This document shows, piece after piece, positions 22,768 through 34,000 of a stretch of DNA of 64,000 nt. Within the stretch, counting starts at the first letter, position 1, and the number at the start of each line of letters is the position of its first letter. Origin of the DNA: Squalus acanthias (lineage: Eukaryota); the NCBI GenBank assembly GCA_030390025.1, contig JASTWF010000036.1, forward strand, positions 1,674,001 through 1,738,000. Reading direction: 5' to 3'. The position numbers and the translations under genes are program-made. The notes under the pieces are model-generated. The model searched no databases and was not told the origin of the DNA. It was given only the letters and a program-made list of their open reading frames with translations.

Positions 22768-23217
22768 TAGACATATAAATGGTACTTTTCCACTATATAA
22801 ATGGTGCATGGCTCATGTAAAGCTGCCGAACAGCTCCCATGTGGTTAACATGTGATGCCTGGATGTGTTTATAAGGTGTGTATTGAGGTCGAATCACCTG
22901 CTGTCAGCTATCATGGAGTGGTCCAAATCCAGCTTCACTCGCCAAGTTCCCCATGCAGAGATTTCTTGATCTCACCCATTCTATCCGAGGGAGAAGCCAG
23001 GCTGAAGTTGATTCTCCTTCACATTGGAAGGAGTGAAAATGAAAAGGGGAACCACCCTAGTCTGCTCTTATTAGCTTACAATGGAGTCTCCATTATCCAT
23101 TATCTAATTTGCACTGTCCTGATTGCCTTGTTTTTTCCATTTGTTCTCGGGATGAGGGCAACTCTGGCAAGGCCCTATTTATTGCCCATCCCTAGAATTC
23201 CGTGAGAAGGTGGCAGT

Positions 23218-23690
23218 AAGAAAGAAAGAAAGACTTGCATTTCTATAGCGCCTTTCACGACCACCGGACGTCTCAAAGCACTTTACAACCAAGGAAATAT
23301 TTTTTGGAGTGTAGTCACTGTTGTAATGTGGGAAACACGGCAGCCAATTTGCAAGGTCCCAAAAACAGCAATGTGATAATGACCAGATAATCTGGGTTTT
23401 TTTGTTATGTTGGTTGAGGGATAAATATTGACCAGGACACCAGGACACCGGGGAGAACTCCCCTGCTCTTCTACGAAATAATGCCATGGGATCTTTTACA
23501 TCCACCTGAGAGAGCAGACGGGGCCTCGGTTTAACGTCTCACCCGAAAGACGGTACCTCCGACAGTGCAGCACTCCCTCAGCACTGCACTGGAAGTGTCA
23601 GCCTGGCTTTATGTGCTCAAGTCCCTGGAGTGGGACTTGGAACCCACAACCTTCTGATTCAGAGGCGAGAGTGCGACCCACAGCTGACAC
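23218..23690 (-). mobile_element. DeuSINE-like SINE, near full length
   Basis: Complete reverse complement from head to tail. Confidence 0.88.
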
Positions 23691-23870
23691 TGGGTTGCCT
23701 TCTTGAGCTGCTGTAGTTGTTGTGACGATGGTGCTCCCACAATGGTGTTAGCTGGGGACTTCCAAGGTATTGATCCGGTGACAACGACAGAACAGCAATA
23801 TGTGACCGAGTCGGGTTGGTGTGTGCCTTGGAGGGGAGGGTGGAGGTGATGGTGTTCCCACTTGCCAGAA
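23691..23870 (-). mobile_element. Old 3' fragment of the same LINE family as 60021-63193
   Basis: Reverse complement resembles 62930-63110 (gggaacaccatcacctc..cctccaag..cacacac). Confidence 0.65.
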
Positions 23871-25286
23871 TTATCACAGGCCAAAGTCTTGTGTGAGACA
23901 TTGCCTCAGTGCACAGCTTCTTTTGTATTTTCTTGGTAAACAAACCTACATTGTGTTCCTTTTGTTATCTGTGCTGCACCCGTCTTCATTGCCATGCCCA
24001 AGTATATCTGTACCATGCGGGTAAGACCAAAACTTGGGGACTCTCGATTATCTGCCTGTTTCCATTATTCTCCATTATGGAGGTTGCCGCCCTCAGTTCC
24101 CGAGTCAGTTCAACAGTAGGCCGTGTTTGCGGAGGGGGGGATTCTTGGTTGGCTGTCCACGTTCTCGACCTGGTCATGTGGTGCAAAACAACTTAAAGAG
24201 GAGGGCGAGAAAAAAGTAAACTAATGTTGTTCCCTCATTCTCAGGAATTCCATAAAGTCAAAAGTAATTTTGTCAATCTCATTAAGTATTTATGGCTCTA
24301 TAAAAATACTCTGCAGCACTAAAACTCAATCACTGAAGAAATGACAGGCACTGCTCCATATGTTAAGTAGGTGTGCTTTTTCTGATGGTTTCCATTACAT
24401 GATAATTTAGCAAAAAAAGGAACATCGCCTCTTTAAGCGAGCTGGAGGAACTGTTTTTGGTGGTGTTGGCAGTGAACGCGTAAATATTTCAAATTGCCAA
24501 ATAGAAATCAATACTTTTTAACGTTTTGTACGGTTAATTAAAATGAGAACAGCACTCTTGCTATCCTGGCAGACGGCCATTTTACAGAAGGGTACGTCAA
24601 GTAGACTGAAGCTATACCTTCCTGTCTATCACCACCTCGCCGCTATATCAGGTGTTTTCTAGTCCCTGATCCTGCATCTGAACTCTCATCTTACTCTTCC
24701 TAAGACCAAGTACACTATGTCAAATGGTTTTCTTCATCCGCACTGTATTGATCCATTACACTGTCTCTTGTACAAACTCATCCTTACCAGAAGTGTAAAG
24801 CTCTTTACCTCCCTCAGTCTGCCCTTCCTCTTGCAACCTCCAAGCTTTTAAAATCCAAATTTAGAATCATCGGATCACTAATATTTGATTTATCCCATCT
24901 CGTCTCCTCCTCTTCAATCCTGGCAGATCCTATCAACCTTGGCCCTTCACTGTTGTTTCTCAATTTAAAAAACCCCAGAACATCTCAGGACCTTGCAGCG
25001 ATTTTAGCTCCTTCTTTTTTTTTAAACTATTACTCTCAGTTAAAGATTCATTTCTCAGCCAGCTTACTTTTCTGTTATTACACAGTGGCCCCCCGGTGAG
25101 AAAATATCTCCAAAGCCCTCACTTAGACTGCAGAGGACTGTTACATTTTTGTCCAATTGTGTTTTTGTATTAAGGGCGAACTAACATGGGATAGAATATG
25201 ATGTGGAGATGCCGGTGTTGGACTGGGGTGGACAAATGTGAGAAGTCGCACAACACCAGGTTATAGTCCAACAGCTTTATTTGAAA

Positions 25287-25323
25287 TCACAAGCTTTCGG
25301 AGCGCTGCTCCTTCGTCAGGTGA
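25287..25323 (-). ncRNA. Minimal type I hammerhead ribozyme motif (antisense arm)
   Basis: Reverse complement reads TCAC-CTGACGA-A-GGAGC-AGC-GCTCC-GAAA-GC-TT-GTGA. Confidence 0.8.
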
Positions 25324-25628
25324 AGTGAAGAAATGTATATAGGCACAGCATATATAGTCAGAGAACACTGCCAGATTATTACAGTTAATCTTTCTAACTG
25401 TTTTCCATACAGACCCCAGCATCTGCCACATTTGACCCCTTGTGACCCCACCTCATTGTCTTTGATGTAATGTTTTCCTGACTGACCAGTTTGGACACCA
25501 TCCACACCTTTGATTGCCGTGATTATGTCTCTGCCGAGGTGTGATAAAGGGCAGTTAGAAAGATTAACTGTAGTCACCTGGCAGTGTTCTCTGACTATAT
25601 ATGCTGTGCCTATATGCATCTCTTCACT

Positions 25629-25665
25629 TCACCTGATGAAGGAGCAGCGCTCCGAAAGCTTGTGA
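25629..25665 (+). ncRNA. Minimal type I hammerhead ribozyme motif
   Basis: TCAC-CTGATGA-A-GGAGC-AGC-GCTCC-GAAA-GC-TT-GTGA: stem I TCAC/GTGA, core CUGAUGA, stem II, GAAA, palindromic AGCU stem III, UH triplet. Confidence 0.8.
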
Positions 25666-26229
25666 TTTCAAATAAAACTGTTGGACTATAACCTGGTGTT
25701 GTGCGACTTCTCACAGGATAGAAAGGTGAACGGAGTATCATTACAGATGGTAAATGAAACCCACTACCTCTGGAGTGCTGCTCCTGGAGAGTAGGCCAAA
25801 GTGCTTGTGTCAATAAAGTCAAATATCAAAATCGCTCCGATCTGCGATCTCTACGTTCCGCATCACACCTCTGTGGTGACAGACCTGAGGCACAGCAGAG
25901 GACCGATGCAGAGTGCCATCATTTGCATGAATGAGCTTGTCAGATTTGTTTGGTTTGCTGTAAAAAGCACTGACTTGGTAAGGCAGGGAGTCGTGTCACC
26001 ACTGGGTTTCTAGCCATGGCCCAGTAACGAGCAAGGTTATACTGGGGGGAGGGAGGTAGTTATGCGACTGGTGGGGAATTGGAGCTGTCACTGGTAAGGT
26101 TATTAGCAGGGCCAGCAGAAAGTCATGGATTCTTGAGTCAAAATCTGTGGATGTCCGCAGGACTACGGAGATGCCGGGGGTTGGGGGAGGGGACTGAATT
26201 GCACATTGTTTTTTTTGTTGTATTTGTCC

Positions 26230-27001
26230 TAGAATCATAGAATAGTACAGCACAGAAGGAGGCCATTTGGCCCATCGAGTCTCTGCCAGCTCTTTCGAAG
26301 AGCAATCCAGTTAGTCCCACTCCCCCGCTCTTTCCCCATATCACTGCAATTTTTTCTCCTTCAAGTATTTATCCAATCCCCTTTTGAAGGCTACTATTGA
26401 ATCTGTATCCACCGCCCTATCAGGCAGCGCGTTCCAAATCCTAACCACTCGTTGCGTAAAAAAGTTTTCCCTCATGTCGCCTCTGGTTCTTTTGCCAATC
26501 ACCTTAAATCTGTGCCCTCTGGTTATCGACCCTTCAGCCATTGGAAACAGTTTCTCTTTATTTACTCTGTCTAAACCCTTCATGATTTTAAACATCTCTA
26601 TCAAATCTCTTAGCCTTTTCTGCTCTAAGGAGAACAACCCCAGCTTCTCCAGTCTATCCACGTAACTGTAATCCCTCATCCCCTGGAACCATTCTAGTAA
26701 ATCTCTTCTGCACCCTCTCCAAAGCCTTCACGTCCTTCCTAAAGTGCGGGGCCCAGAATTGGACACAATACTCCAGCTGGGGCCGAACCAGTGTGTTACA
26801 GAGGTTTAGCATAACTTCCTGGCTTTTGTGCTCTATACCTCTATTTATAAAGCCCAGGATCCCATATGCTTTATTAACTGCTTTGTTAACCTGGCCCTGC
26901 CACCTTCAAAGATTTGTGCACAAGCACCCTCAGGTCTCTCTGTTCCTGCACTCCCTTTAAAATTGTACCATTTAGTGTGTATGGTCTCTCCTCATTCTTC
27001 C
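26230..27001 (-). mobile_element. CR1 LINE 3' fragment
   Basis: YVDRLEKLGLFSLEQKRLRDLIEMFKIMKG...FFTQRVVRIWNALP. Confidence 0.9.
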
Positions 27002-27139
27002 TATTTTTTAGTTAATGCGTTCATGTAAATTCCTGTCTGCACTATTTTAAAATGGGTTAAAATAGGCCAGACAGGAATTTAGGCAAATACAGTGCTACTG
27101 TGCTAAAAAGAATACATGAAACAGGGGTGGGGGGAATGA

Positions 27140-28410
27140 AACCCACTGATGCTTCATTGCAGGTTTGAACTTCAGCATCAGTAGCAGCCTCATCTTGTCC
27201 TTGGTTAGAGGCTGGTGTAGGCCACGCCGCAGGTCTGAGTAAACTGATAATGGCCTCTCAACATTGGAGTCTGGCACTGCAACCCGGGCCTATCTTTTTA
27301 CCAGTACGTTCATTCTCCATTTCATTTTTGGAGTTCAGATGGTGGCTGATAACCCAGAGATCAATAAGGGTCCTGTGATCCTCGATCAGAATGGTTCACA
27401 GATTTCAGTTGCTAATGGGCACATGGATGTAGATCATAGAGGTTTGCTTTGAGCTGAATAGACTAATGGTTTATCTCCATTGTGATATCTGGAGAACTGA
27501 TATGAGTTTCATTGCCAACACCACCAGATGGTAATTGTCTAGAACCAGCCACCTTTGTAGGTTGGCTTCATAGTACCTTCCTGTCACTAGCTCATCCTTT
27601 TACCATAGTGATTGGGGTAAAGCATTGAATTAATGTCTCTACATTACGCATGATGAGTTGTTTGTGCAATCACTCACAATGCTCCTGCCTCACAAGCAAG
27701 GAGTGCGATGTTAGCATGTGGCAGCAAAGTGGCTTGAATTGAATTGGTGAGAAGCTTGGCTCATATCTTGCTAACCTGGAGCTAACTCCAGCAATTCTTT
27801 GACTCCCAGAGCCAATTAAATTCCATTTGGAGCCAAAATTGGTTCCATGGCTCTCGGTTGACCGTCTCAGTACAACATCTCCCCCACCGCACAGAGACGG
27901 CCGTTCCACAGACAATATTGTAGAGATGAGTCCAGTGGTCCCATATAAGTTTAAAGTGAGGCCAGTGTAGACCTGACCAGAACTCCAGTACTTTGGGTAA
28001 ATTCTTTGGCATCTTGAGGTCCTACAGCAGAGTGTGTAAAGGCAAGATGTGTGTTGTTGTTTTTGTACTTTCACATTCTTGCCCTTGGAGAACAGTGTGA
28101 AGCAGTGGAAGGATTCGCGTGGGTTGACTAACAGTCTGACAGGGTGGCGTTATCGTTGTTTTTGTATCTTCGCACTCTTCCCTTCGAGAACGGTGTGAAG
28201 TAGTGGAAGGATTTGCAGGCTGATTAACAGTCTGACAGGCCGCAATGTGAACACTCCTTCCATGGCCGTAACCATCTTTATAGCAGCCAATAGGTTACCC
28301 TGTATGGCGGGAGGGTTTAATGGGCTCCCACAACCCATACGATGAGAGAGGGGCCACCCACACCCTCTGGACACAAGTATCTCACTGGATGTCAACTCAG
28401 AATTTTTATC
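27140..28410 (-). pseudogene. Possible highly degenerate hAT-type transposase relic
   Basis: VAVPDSNVERPLSVYSDL...LTKDKMRLLLMLKF resembles the hAT C-terminal dimerisation motif (P.SN..VER.FS); upstream frames are broken. Confidence 0.4.
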
Positions 28411-28570
28411 CAAGTCCTCCAGTATTCAAGTTCCCTCAACCACTGGAAACAGTCTGTTTCTATCTAGCCTCAAGTCTTCCTTTGTATTTGTATTTCCTCA
28501 TTCTCAGGAGCATCCGAGTGAATCTGTGCTGCATCCTCTCTATTGCTTCAACATCCTTCCTACAGTGTGG

Positions 28571-29020
28571 AAAAGAAAGACTTACATTTCTATAACGCCT
28601 TTCACGACCACCGGACGTCTCAAAGCGCTTTACAGCCAATGAAGTACTTTTGAAGTGTAGTCACTGTTGTAATGTGGGAAACGCGGCAGCCAATTTGCGC
28701 ACAGCAAGCTCCCACAAACATCAACATGATAATGACCAGATAATCTGTTTTTGTTATGTTGGTTGAGGGATAAATATTGGCCAGGACACCGGGGATAACT
28801 CCCCTGCTCTTCTTCGAAATAGTGCCGTGGGATCTTTTACGTCCCCCTGAGAGAGCAGACGGGGCCTCGGTTTAACATCTCACCTGAAAGACAGCGTCCC
28901 CTCAGCACTGCACTGGAGTGTCGGCCTGGATTATGTGCTCAAGTCTCTGGAGTGGGACTTGAACCCACAACCTTCTGACTCCGAGGCGAGAGTGCCACCC
29001 ACTGAGCCACAGCTGACACA
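28571..29020 (-). mobile_element. DeuSINE-like SINE, near full length
   Basis: Head ...cccactgagccacagctgacac through tail. Confidence 0.88.
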
Positions 29021-29244
29021 TATCCCACATAAATGGAATATCAAGTTCTGCTGTTCGCAGGTGGTCACTCTGGAACGTGAAGGTTTGCAGTCAAACGAGG
29101 ATGAAGGTGAGATGCTTGGATTGGATGGCATGCTGAAAGTGGCTTGTTGCCTTTCTGCTCTCTAATCTTTCCAATTGATGTTGCCAAGCCAGAAGCAGCT
29201 CTTTCTCGTGATGGCAATGAGAGGGAAAACATGTGAATATTGAT

Positions 29245-29592
29245 AATGAGGGGTTTTGATAGAGTAAATAAGGAGAAACTGTTTCCAGTGGCAGGAGGGT
29301 CGGTAACCAGAGAACACAGATTTAAGATGATTGGCAAAAGAACCAGAGGGGAGATGAGGAGAGGTTTTTTACACAGTGAGTTGTTGTGATCTGGAACGCG
29401 CTGCCTGAAAGGGCGGTGGAAGCAGATTCAATAGTAACTTTCAAAAGAGAATTGGGTAAATGCTTGAAGGGAAAAAATTTGCAGGGCTATGGGGAAAGAG
29501 CGGGGGAGTGGGACTAATTGGAGAGCTCTTTCAAAGAGCCAGCACAGGCACGATGGGCCGAATGGCCTCCTTCTGTGCTGTATGATTCTATG
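29245..29592 (+). mobile_element. CR1 LINE 3' end
   Basis: gatagagtaaataaggagaaactgtttccagtggc...ggccgaatggcctccttctgtgctgtatgattctatg. Confidence 0.88.
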
Positions 29593-30070
29593 AATGTAAA
29601 TTTGAAACCAAAGCAGAAAAAGAATTCTGATGAAGGGACCCACCCAAAACATTAACCTGTCGTTCTCTTTCTAATGCAGTTTAAACTGCTGTCCAATCCC
29701 GCATCTTTCTGTTTCAGAGATATTGTTTCCTGCTGGTGACTGTGCCCCCTTTCAAACCTGTGTTTGGCCAATGAACAATATCTCACTCTTTACCCTCCCT
29801 GTCTATAGTAATTTATAGAGCAATGAATAATGTATTCGAACCGCCTCCTAATTTAAGGCTCACGAGTTGAGTGAGTGTGCGTCGTATATCAGCAACAGCA
29901 ATAAAGAAACTGCACAAAACTCGAGAGGAAGCAGTGCAATAACTGGAACTAGACTAGCAGTGGCCTTGAGGGGAGATTTTCTTGGCAGCAGTGTATCCTA
30001 AAGGGCAATTGTATTCTGTTAAATTGCCAAATTTTCCCCAAAATATTATCAAAAGGGGAGCTGCCTGTAT

Positions 30071-30522
30071 ATAGAAACATAGAAACTAGGAGCAGGAGTA
30101 GGCCATTCGGCCCGTCGAGCCTGCTCCACCATTCAATACGATCATGGCTGATCATCCAAATCCAGTACCCTGTCCCTGCTTTCTCACACAGAATCCCCAT
30201 CGAGCCTGCACCGACACATATCCCACCCTATCCCCGTAACCCCACGTATTTAATTCCCCCTAACATATCCCTTCCTATTCTATCCCCGTAACCCCACATA
30301 TTTAATCCCCCCCTAACACTAAGGGTCAATTTATCATAGCCAAATCAACCTAACCCGCACATTTTTGGACTGTGGGAGGAAACCGGAGCACCCGGAGGAA
30401 ACCCACGCAGACACAGGGAGAACGTGCAAACTCCACACAGACAGTCACCCGAGGCCAGATTCGAACCCGGGTCCCTGGCGCTGTGAGGTACCAGTGCTAA
30501 CCACTATGCCACCGTGTTGCCC
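30071..30522 (-). mobile_element. tRNA-derived V-SINE (HE1-like), second copy
   Basis: Near-identical to 11187-11609. Confidence 0.9.
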
Positions 30523-30689
30523 TGATGTGTCTCAGCCCTCCCTTGTCCCTGTGTTTTATGCTTTAAGTTGATGGTCAGGGATACCCTGGGAGCGTACATT
30601 TTGTGTGAAACCCTCTCTTCAGTGATGCTGTCCCTTTGTAACATTTTGGATCGTAGGACAGTACAGTAGAGTAAACCTTTCCCTTTAAA

Positions 30690-31518
30690 TAGGGTTGCCA
30701 ACCCTCCAGGATTGCCCTGGAGTCTCCAGGAATTGAAGGTCAATCTCCAGGGCACTGCTGCAAACAACCCGGGAGCAAAAGCGGTGGCTCAGTGGGTAGC
30801 AGCCTCGCCTCTGAGTCCGAAGGTTGTGGGTTCAAGTCCCACTTCAGAGACTTTAACACAAAAATCTAGGCTGACACTCCAGTACAGTACTGAGGGAGTG
30901 CCGCACTGTCGGAGGTGCTGTCTTTGGGATGAGACGTTAAACCGAGGCCCCGTCTGCCCTCTCAGGATGTAAAAGATCCCATGGCACTATTTTGAAGAAG
31001 ATCAGGGGAGTTATCCCCTGGTGTCCTGGGGCCAATATTTATCCCTCAACCAACATCACTAAAACAGATTATCTGGTCATTTATCACATTGCTGTTTGTG
31101 GGAGCTTGCTGTGTGCAAATTGGCTGCCGCGTTTCCTACATTACAACAGTGACCACACTTCAAAAGTACCTCATTGACTGTAAAGCGCTTTGAGACGTCC
31201 GGTGGTCGTGAAAGACGATGTAGAAATGCAGGTCTTTTTTCTTTAAAAACAATTGTGTTTTTAAAAATATATATACTTCTCTTTATTAGTTATAACAAAG
31301 ATTAGAGATGGGGAAGAAAAAGGCTGTTTGACTGACAGTCAAGAATCATCCAATCGGGTGAAGAAGAGTCTGTTCGCTTTCGAATTTGCACGGGGAAGGC
31401 GGGGCTCCGTGATGATGGGCGTGTCGGGCGACCAATGGCGGGTGTGTGGGGCGATTGGAGTCAGGAGGTCATGTGATGACACCTCCAGCAACACGTCCAA
31501 CCAGAGTTGGCAACCCTA
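30690..31518. mobile_element. Non-autonomous hAT element (TAGGGTTGCCAAC family) carrying a SINE insertion
   Basis: Perfect TIR TAGGGTTGCCAAC / GTTGGCAACCCTA; 8-bp TSD CCTTTAAA (30682-30689, 31519-31526). Confidence 0.9.
30782..31242 (+). mobile_element. DeuSINE-like SINE nested in the hAT element
   Basis: gtggctcagtgggtagc head through tail. Confidence 0.88.
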
Positions 31519-32491
31519 CCTTTAAAGTGATCCCGGGTCAACCAAAATGCAAGAGTGAGGTATCTCTAAGGCTTGACTGCTTTTTACTTGGGCCTTTCCT
31601 TATGGCACTACAAAGAGCCCAGAAGATGTGCCTGTCAGCAACAAGTTAAGATAATGGAGATAAAAGCAGAGAATGCTGGAAGTGCAGGGCAGGTCCATCC
31701 TGACGAAGGAAAAGACCGGGTAACATTTCAGGTGTAAGCACAGATCATGGATTGCTTCTATCTCTAAATCGAATCACTGCGTCTGTTGAGCATTTTACGT
31801 TCTGAACATTGCTGCCCCAACTGGAAAGTTCCTGCACCGTTTAGCCCATGGCACAGTCAGACAGACGTCATAGAATCATACAGCGCAGAATAAGGCCGTT
31901 CGGCCCATCGTGCCTATGCTTTCCAAAGCACAATGCAGATGCACAGTGTGCGTTAGAAACCATTCATCACTCTGAATCTCTACCTTTCAATAAGGGACCT
32001 TTCAACAGGGAATTGGATATATACTTGAAAAGGAAAAAATTGCAGGGCTATGGGGAAAGAAAGGCATGGGACTAATTGGATAGCTCTTTCAAAGAGCCAT
32101 CAAATGGACGATGGGCTGAATCTGTGCTGCATCATTCTATGATTCTATGAAATATTTACTGCCATTCTCACAGTCCTTTAAAGAGGGAAATCTCATCATC
32201 AGTATATACCACTTTAGGACATGCCGGGCTGGTGCTGTGGTGCAGCATGTGGACTGTCCAGTGTCCTGTGGCATGCCTGGAACACTAGTAAAAGCCTTAT
32301 CCTGAATTACTTTTCTCCGACACTTAATCCAAAAAATAGTCTGGGGGAGAATTTCCTGACCTCCTGCTGTAACTTTGGTGGAAACCATGGAGACACGGCT
32401 ACTTCTGCCGATCTTCTGCCAAACTTCTTCCGAAGCGACGGAGGACGATCGGGAGAACCCCACACGGAAATAAATGGTGTACACCTCTAAG

Positions 32492-32808
32492 TTTCGGATG
32501 AGATGTTAAAGCGAGGTCCCGTCAGCCCTCTCAGGTGGACGTAAAAGATCCCATGGCACTATTTCGAAGAAGAGCAGGGGAGTTCTCCCCGGTGTCCAGG
32601 TCAATATTTATCCTCAACCAATATCACTAAAACAGATTATCTGGTCATTATCACATTGCTGTTTGTGGGAGCTTGCTGTGCGCAAATTGGCTGCCGCGTT
32701 TCCTACATTACAACAGTGACCACACTTCAAAAAGTACTTCATTGGGTGTAAAGCGCTTTGGGACTTCCGGTGGTCGTGAAAGGCGCTATAGAAATGCAAG
32801 TCTTTCTT
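32492..32808 (+). mobile_element. DeuSINE-like SINE, 5'-truncated
   Basis: Body and tail. Confidence 0.85.
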
Positions 32809-33370
32809 CTTAAAAATTCAAGTCTTTTCACGCAGTGGCAGCTTTCTAATCAGAACCGCCAACTTTGCAGGGTTGCTGAGGAAAAGCTGATATTTTGGTG
32901 CCCAGCCTTGGCTCCCAGCAGCCTTTGCTTGAACCACTGAACCTCATTGGAACTGCACAGCTGAATCATGGCATCATTATTTTTCTCTTGTTTCGTTAAA
33001 TACGAGGGTTATGTTTCTGGGGAAATGCTCACGTCTGGGCCAGTGCAAAGCCTTGTCCTGGAATATCCTTTTAATGACTGTCAGCTGATGCCAATTCAGC
33101 TCTCTCAGACTGTCAAGCTCAGCAACTCCTCAATGCCAGTTCCCCTAAGGAGAACATCAGCAAGTTCTGTTATTACAGGGCGGGGGGGGCGGAATTAAAA
33201 TGCGAAAGTAAAGAATGTTAATCTTGTCTCTTTGGATTTTTTGCTCTGCAGCAGGCACCGTCTCTAATCAGGAAGGCAGGCAAGCACCTGGCTTCTGCCA
33301 GTCTTGCTATGGAGCCAGCTATGTGCCAGTCCATGCCACCTCAGCCTGGCTCATTTGCTCTCTCACACAC

Positions 33371-33622
33371 CAGGGTTGCCAACTTCATTTGGACAAATTC
33401 CTGGAGGTTTCATCACATGACCTCCCACTCTGTCAAACAGCCTTTTTTTTTTACCCCATCTCCAATATTTTTGTAACTAATAAATGAAGAAAATTAAGAA
33501 AGAAGAACAATTCTTTTTAATGCCCCTGCGATTTTCCTCCTGGGTTGCTCGCAGCAGTGTCCAGGAGATTAATCATTAATTCCTGGAGGCTCCAGGGCAA
33601 TCCTGGAGGGTTGGGAACCCTG
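33371..33622. mobile_element. Non-autonomous hAT element (TAGGGTTGCCAAC family)
   Basis: cagggttgccaac ... gttgggaaccctg with shared internal sequence; no clear TSD. Confidence 0.75.
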
Positions 33623-33840
33623 GTGTTCTGAGTAAAATGGGTTTGGGCAGCAACCTTGCAGAACTGACTTAGGCCTCAGCCTCTTTTTGTGTTGTAATTT
33701 CTATGTAATTCTATAGAGCAGCTAATTTTTGGACAGTTAGTTTATCAACCAAATTAAGAAAGGGAGGGGTGAGTATGAACAAGCGAGTAGGAGTGGAGTT
33801 TAGCCAAAAGCAGGCTAAATTTCAAAGAAGCTTTTGGAGG

Positions 33841-34000
33841 CAGATTATCTGGTCATTATCACATTGCTGTTTGCGGGAGCTTGCTGTGCGCAAATTGGCT
33901 GCCACGTTTCCCTACGCTACAACAGTGACCACACTTCAAATAGTACTTCATTGGCTGTAAAGCGCTTTGGGACGTCCTGAGGTGGTGAAAGATGCTAGTT
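33841..34000 (+). mobile_element. DeuSINE-like SINE 3' fragment
   Basis: cagattatctggtcattatcacattgctg... Confidence 0.8.

Larger units (their letters stand above)
25197..25715. mobile_element. Penelope-derived fold-back element with 164-bp inverted arms
   Basis: Arms 25237-25400 / 25552-25715, 40-nt one-sided extension, 8-bp TSD GGATAGAA (25189-25196, 25716-25723). Confidence 0.85.
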
